Origin: Octopus sinensis
Lineage: Eukaryota
Assembly (NCBI RefSeq): GCF_006345805.1
Contig: NC_043022.1
Coordinates: 11,780,001 to 11,844,000 of the forward strand
Reading direction: 5' to 3'
DNA length: 64,000 nt
Position 1 is the first letter of the stretch, and the number at the start of each line of letters is the position of its first letter. A program made the position numbers and the translations under genes. Shown in pieces: positions 63,250 through 64,000 of the stretch. Under the pieces are notes generated by a model that saw only the letters and a program-made list of their open reading frames with translations, was not told where the DNA came from and searched no databases.

Positions 63250-63720
63250 CTTACTTCCCTGGGCATGGATACATTGAAACTCCGACGTCTGGCAGCTGAC
63301 TTGGCAGACACCCATAAAATTATTAACCATCTTACAAACAATAACGCTGAGCACCGTTTCAAACTCCACCCATCTAACACCCGTGGACATATTTACAAAG
63401 TCAGAAAACAGCACAGCCCCCATGACTTTCGGAAACATTTTTTCACGCTGAGAGTTGCTGAAACATGGAACAAACTGCCGGCATCGGTTGTTAGTTGTCG
63501 GAGCAGTGCATCCTTCAAAACTTCCATGCTTCCTGAGATTCGCCAACACTACACCTGATTTTCTCCCCTCCATACACACACAAGCATTATCTGACTCCTA
63601 CATTGTTCGCTCTCCAGACATTTGTACATTACTGCATATGCTTTATACGCACTTCTGACAAGTTGTGGTGCATCTGAGCACTGTATACAATAATTTCATT
63701 ATTATTATTATTATTATCAT
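63250..63720 (+). mobile_element. CR1-like LINE 3' end fragment
   Basis: MDTLKLRRLAADL...FFTLRVAETWNKLPASVV...; (ATT)n tail. Confidence 0.9.
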
Positions 63721-64000
63721 TACACTCATTCTAACCGTCAATTTACAATCATCAGTATCATCACCACACATACATACATACACACGTGTGTGTGTGTGGG
63801 GGGGGTGACAGGATTCCAAAGTTTCTGTCTACTAAATTCACTCACAAGGCAACCCAAAACCATGTGGTTGCAAAGCAAGCCTTTTAACCACAGGCCTGCA
63901 ATCAGTGCATTCATATCATCACACACACCTGTCTGGCCCCTAAAAATGACATGATCATTAAGGACTGAGTAAAATTTATCAAAGAATAACATGTACCAGC

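Overview
Eukaryotic, AT-rich, repeat-dense genomic DNA. The SINE families and microsatellite load suggest an octopus or other coleoid cephalopod (inference, no database search). Two spliced genes converge tail-to-tail. (1) CYB5D1 on the + strand is complete: 4 coding exons, 3989-16998, 218 aa, with an RFX X-box-like palindrome upstream. (2) A zyxin/LPP-family triple-LIM gene on the - strand has 7 coding exons in the window (60928 down to 23270); its 5' end lies outside. The main surprise is inside the 27.9-kb intron that splits LIM1 of the LPP gene. On the same strand there is an uninterrupted 3.7-kb coding exon (44155/44160-40441) whose N-terminal ~200 aa align by eye with KRBA2/SCAND3-like (Ginger2-type) integrase cores but lack all three catalytic D-D-E residues. 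It continues through a long acidic disordered region and a Cys/His cluster, and two small in-frame exons can complete a 1272-aa protein. Its candidate splice sites are phase 1, matching the flanking LPP exons, so it may be a nested domesticated-integrase gene or an alternative branch of the LPP transcript. The rest is tRNA-derived SINEs, CR1-like and RTE LINE fragments, Helitron-, piggyBac-, hAT- and Tc1-type non-autonomous elements, several long fold-back hairpins and large tandem arrays. Most ORFs in the supplied track are repeat artefacts.
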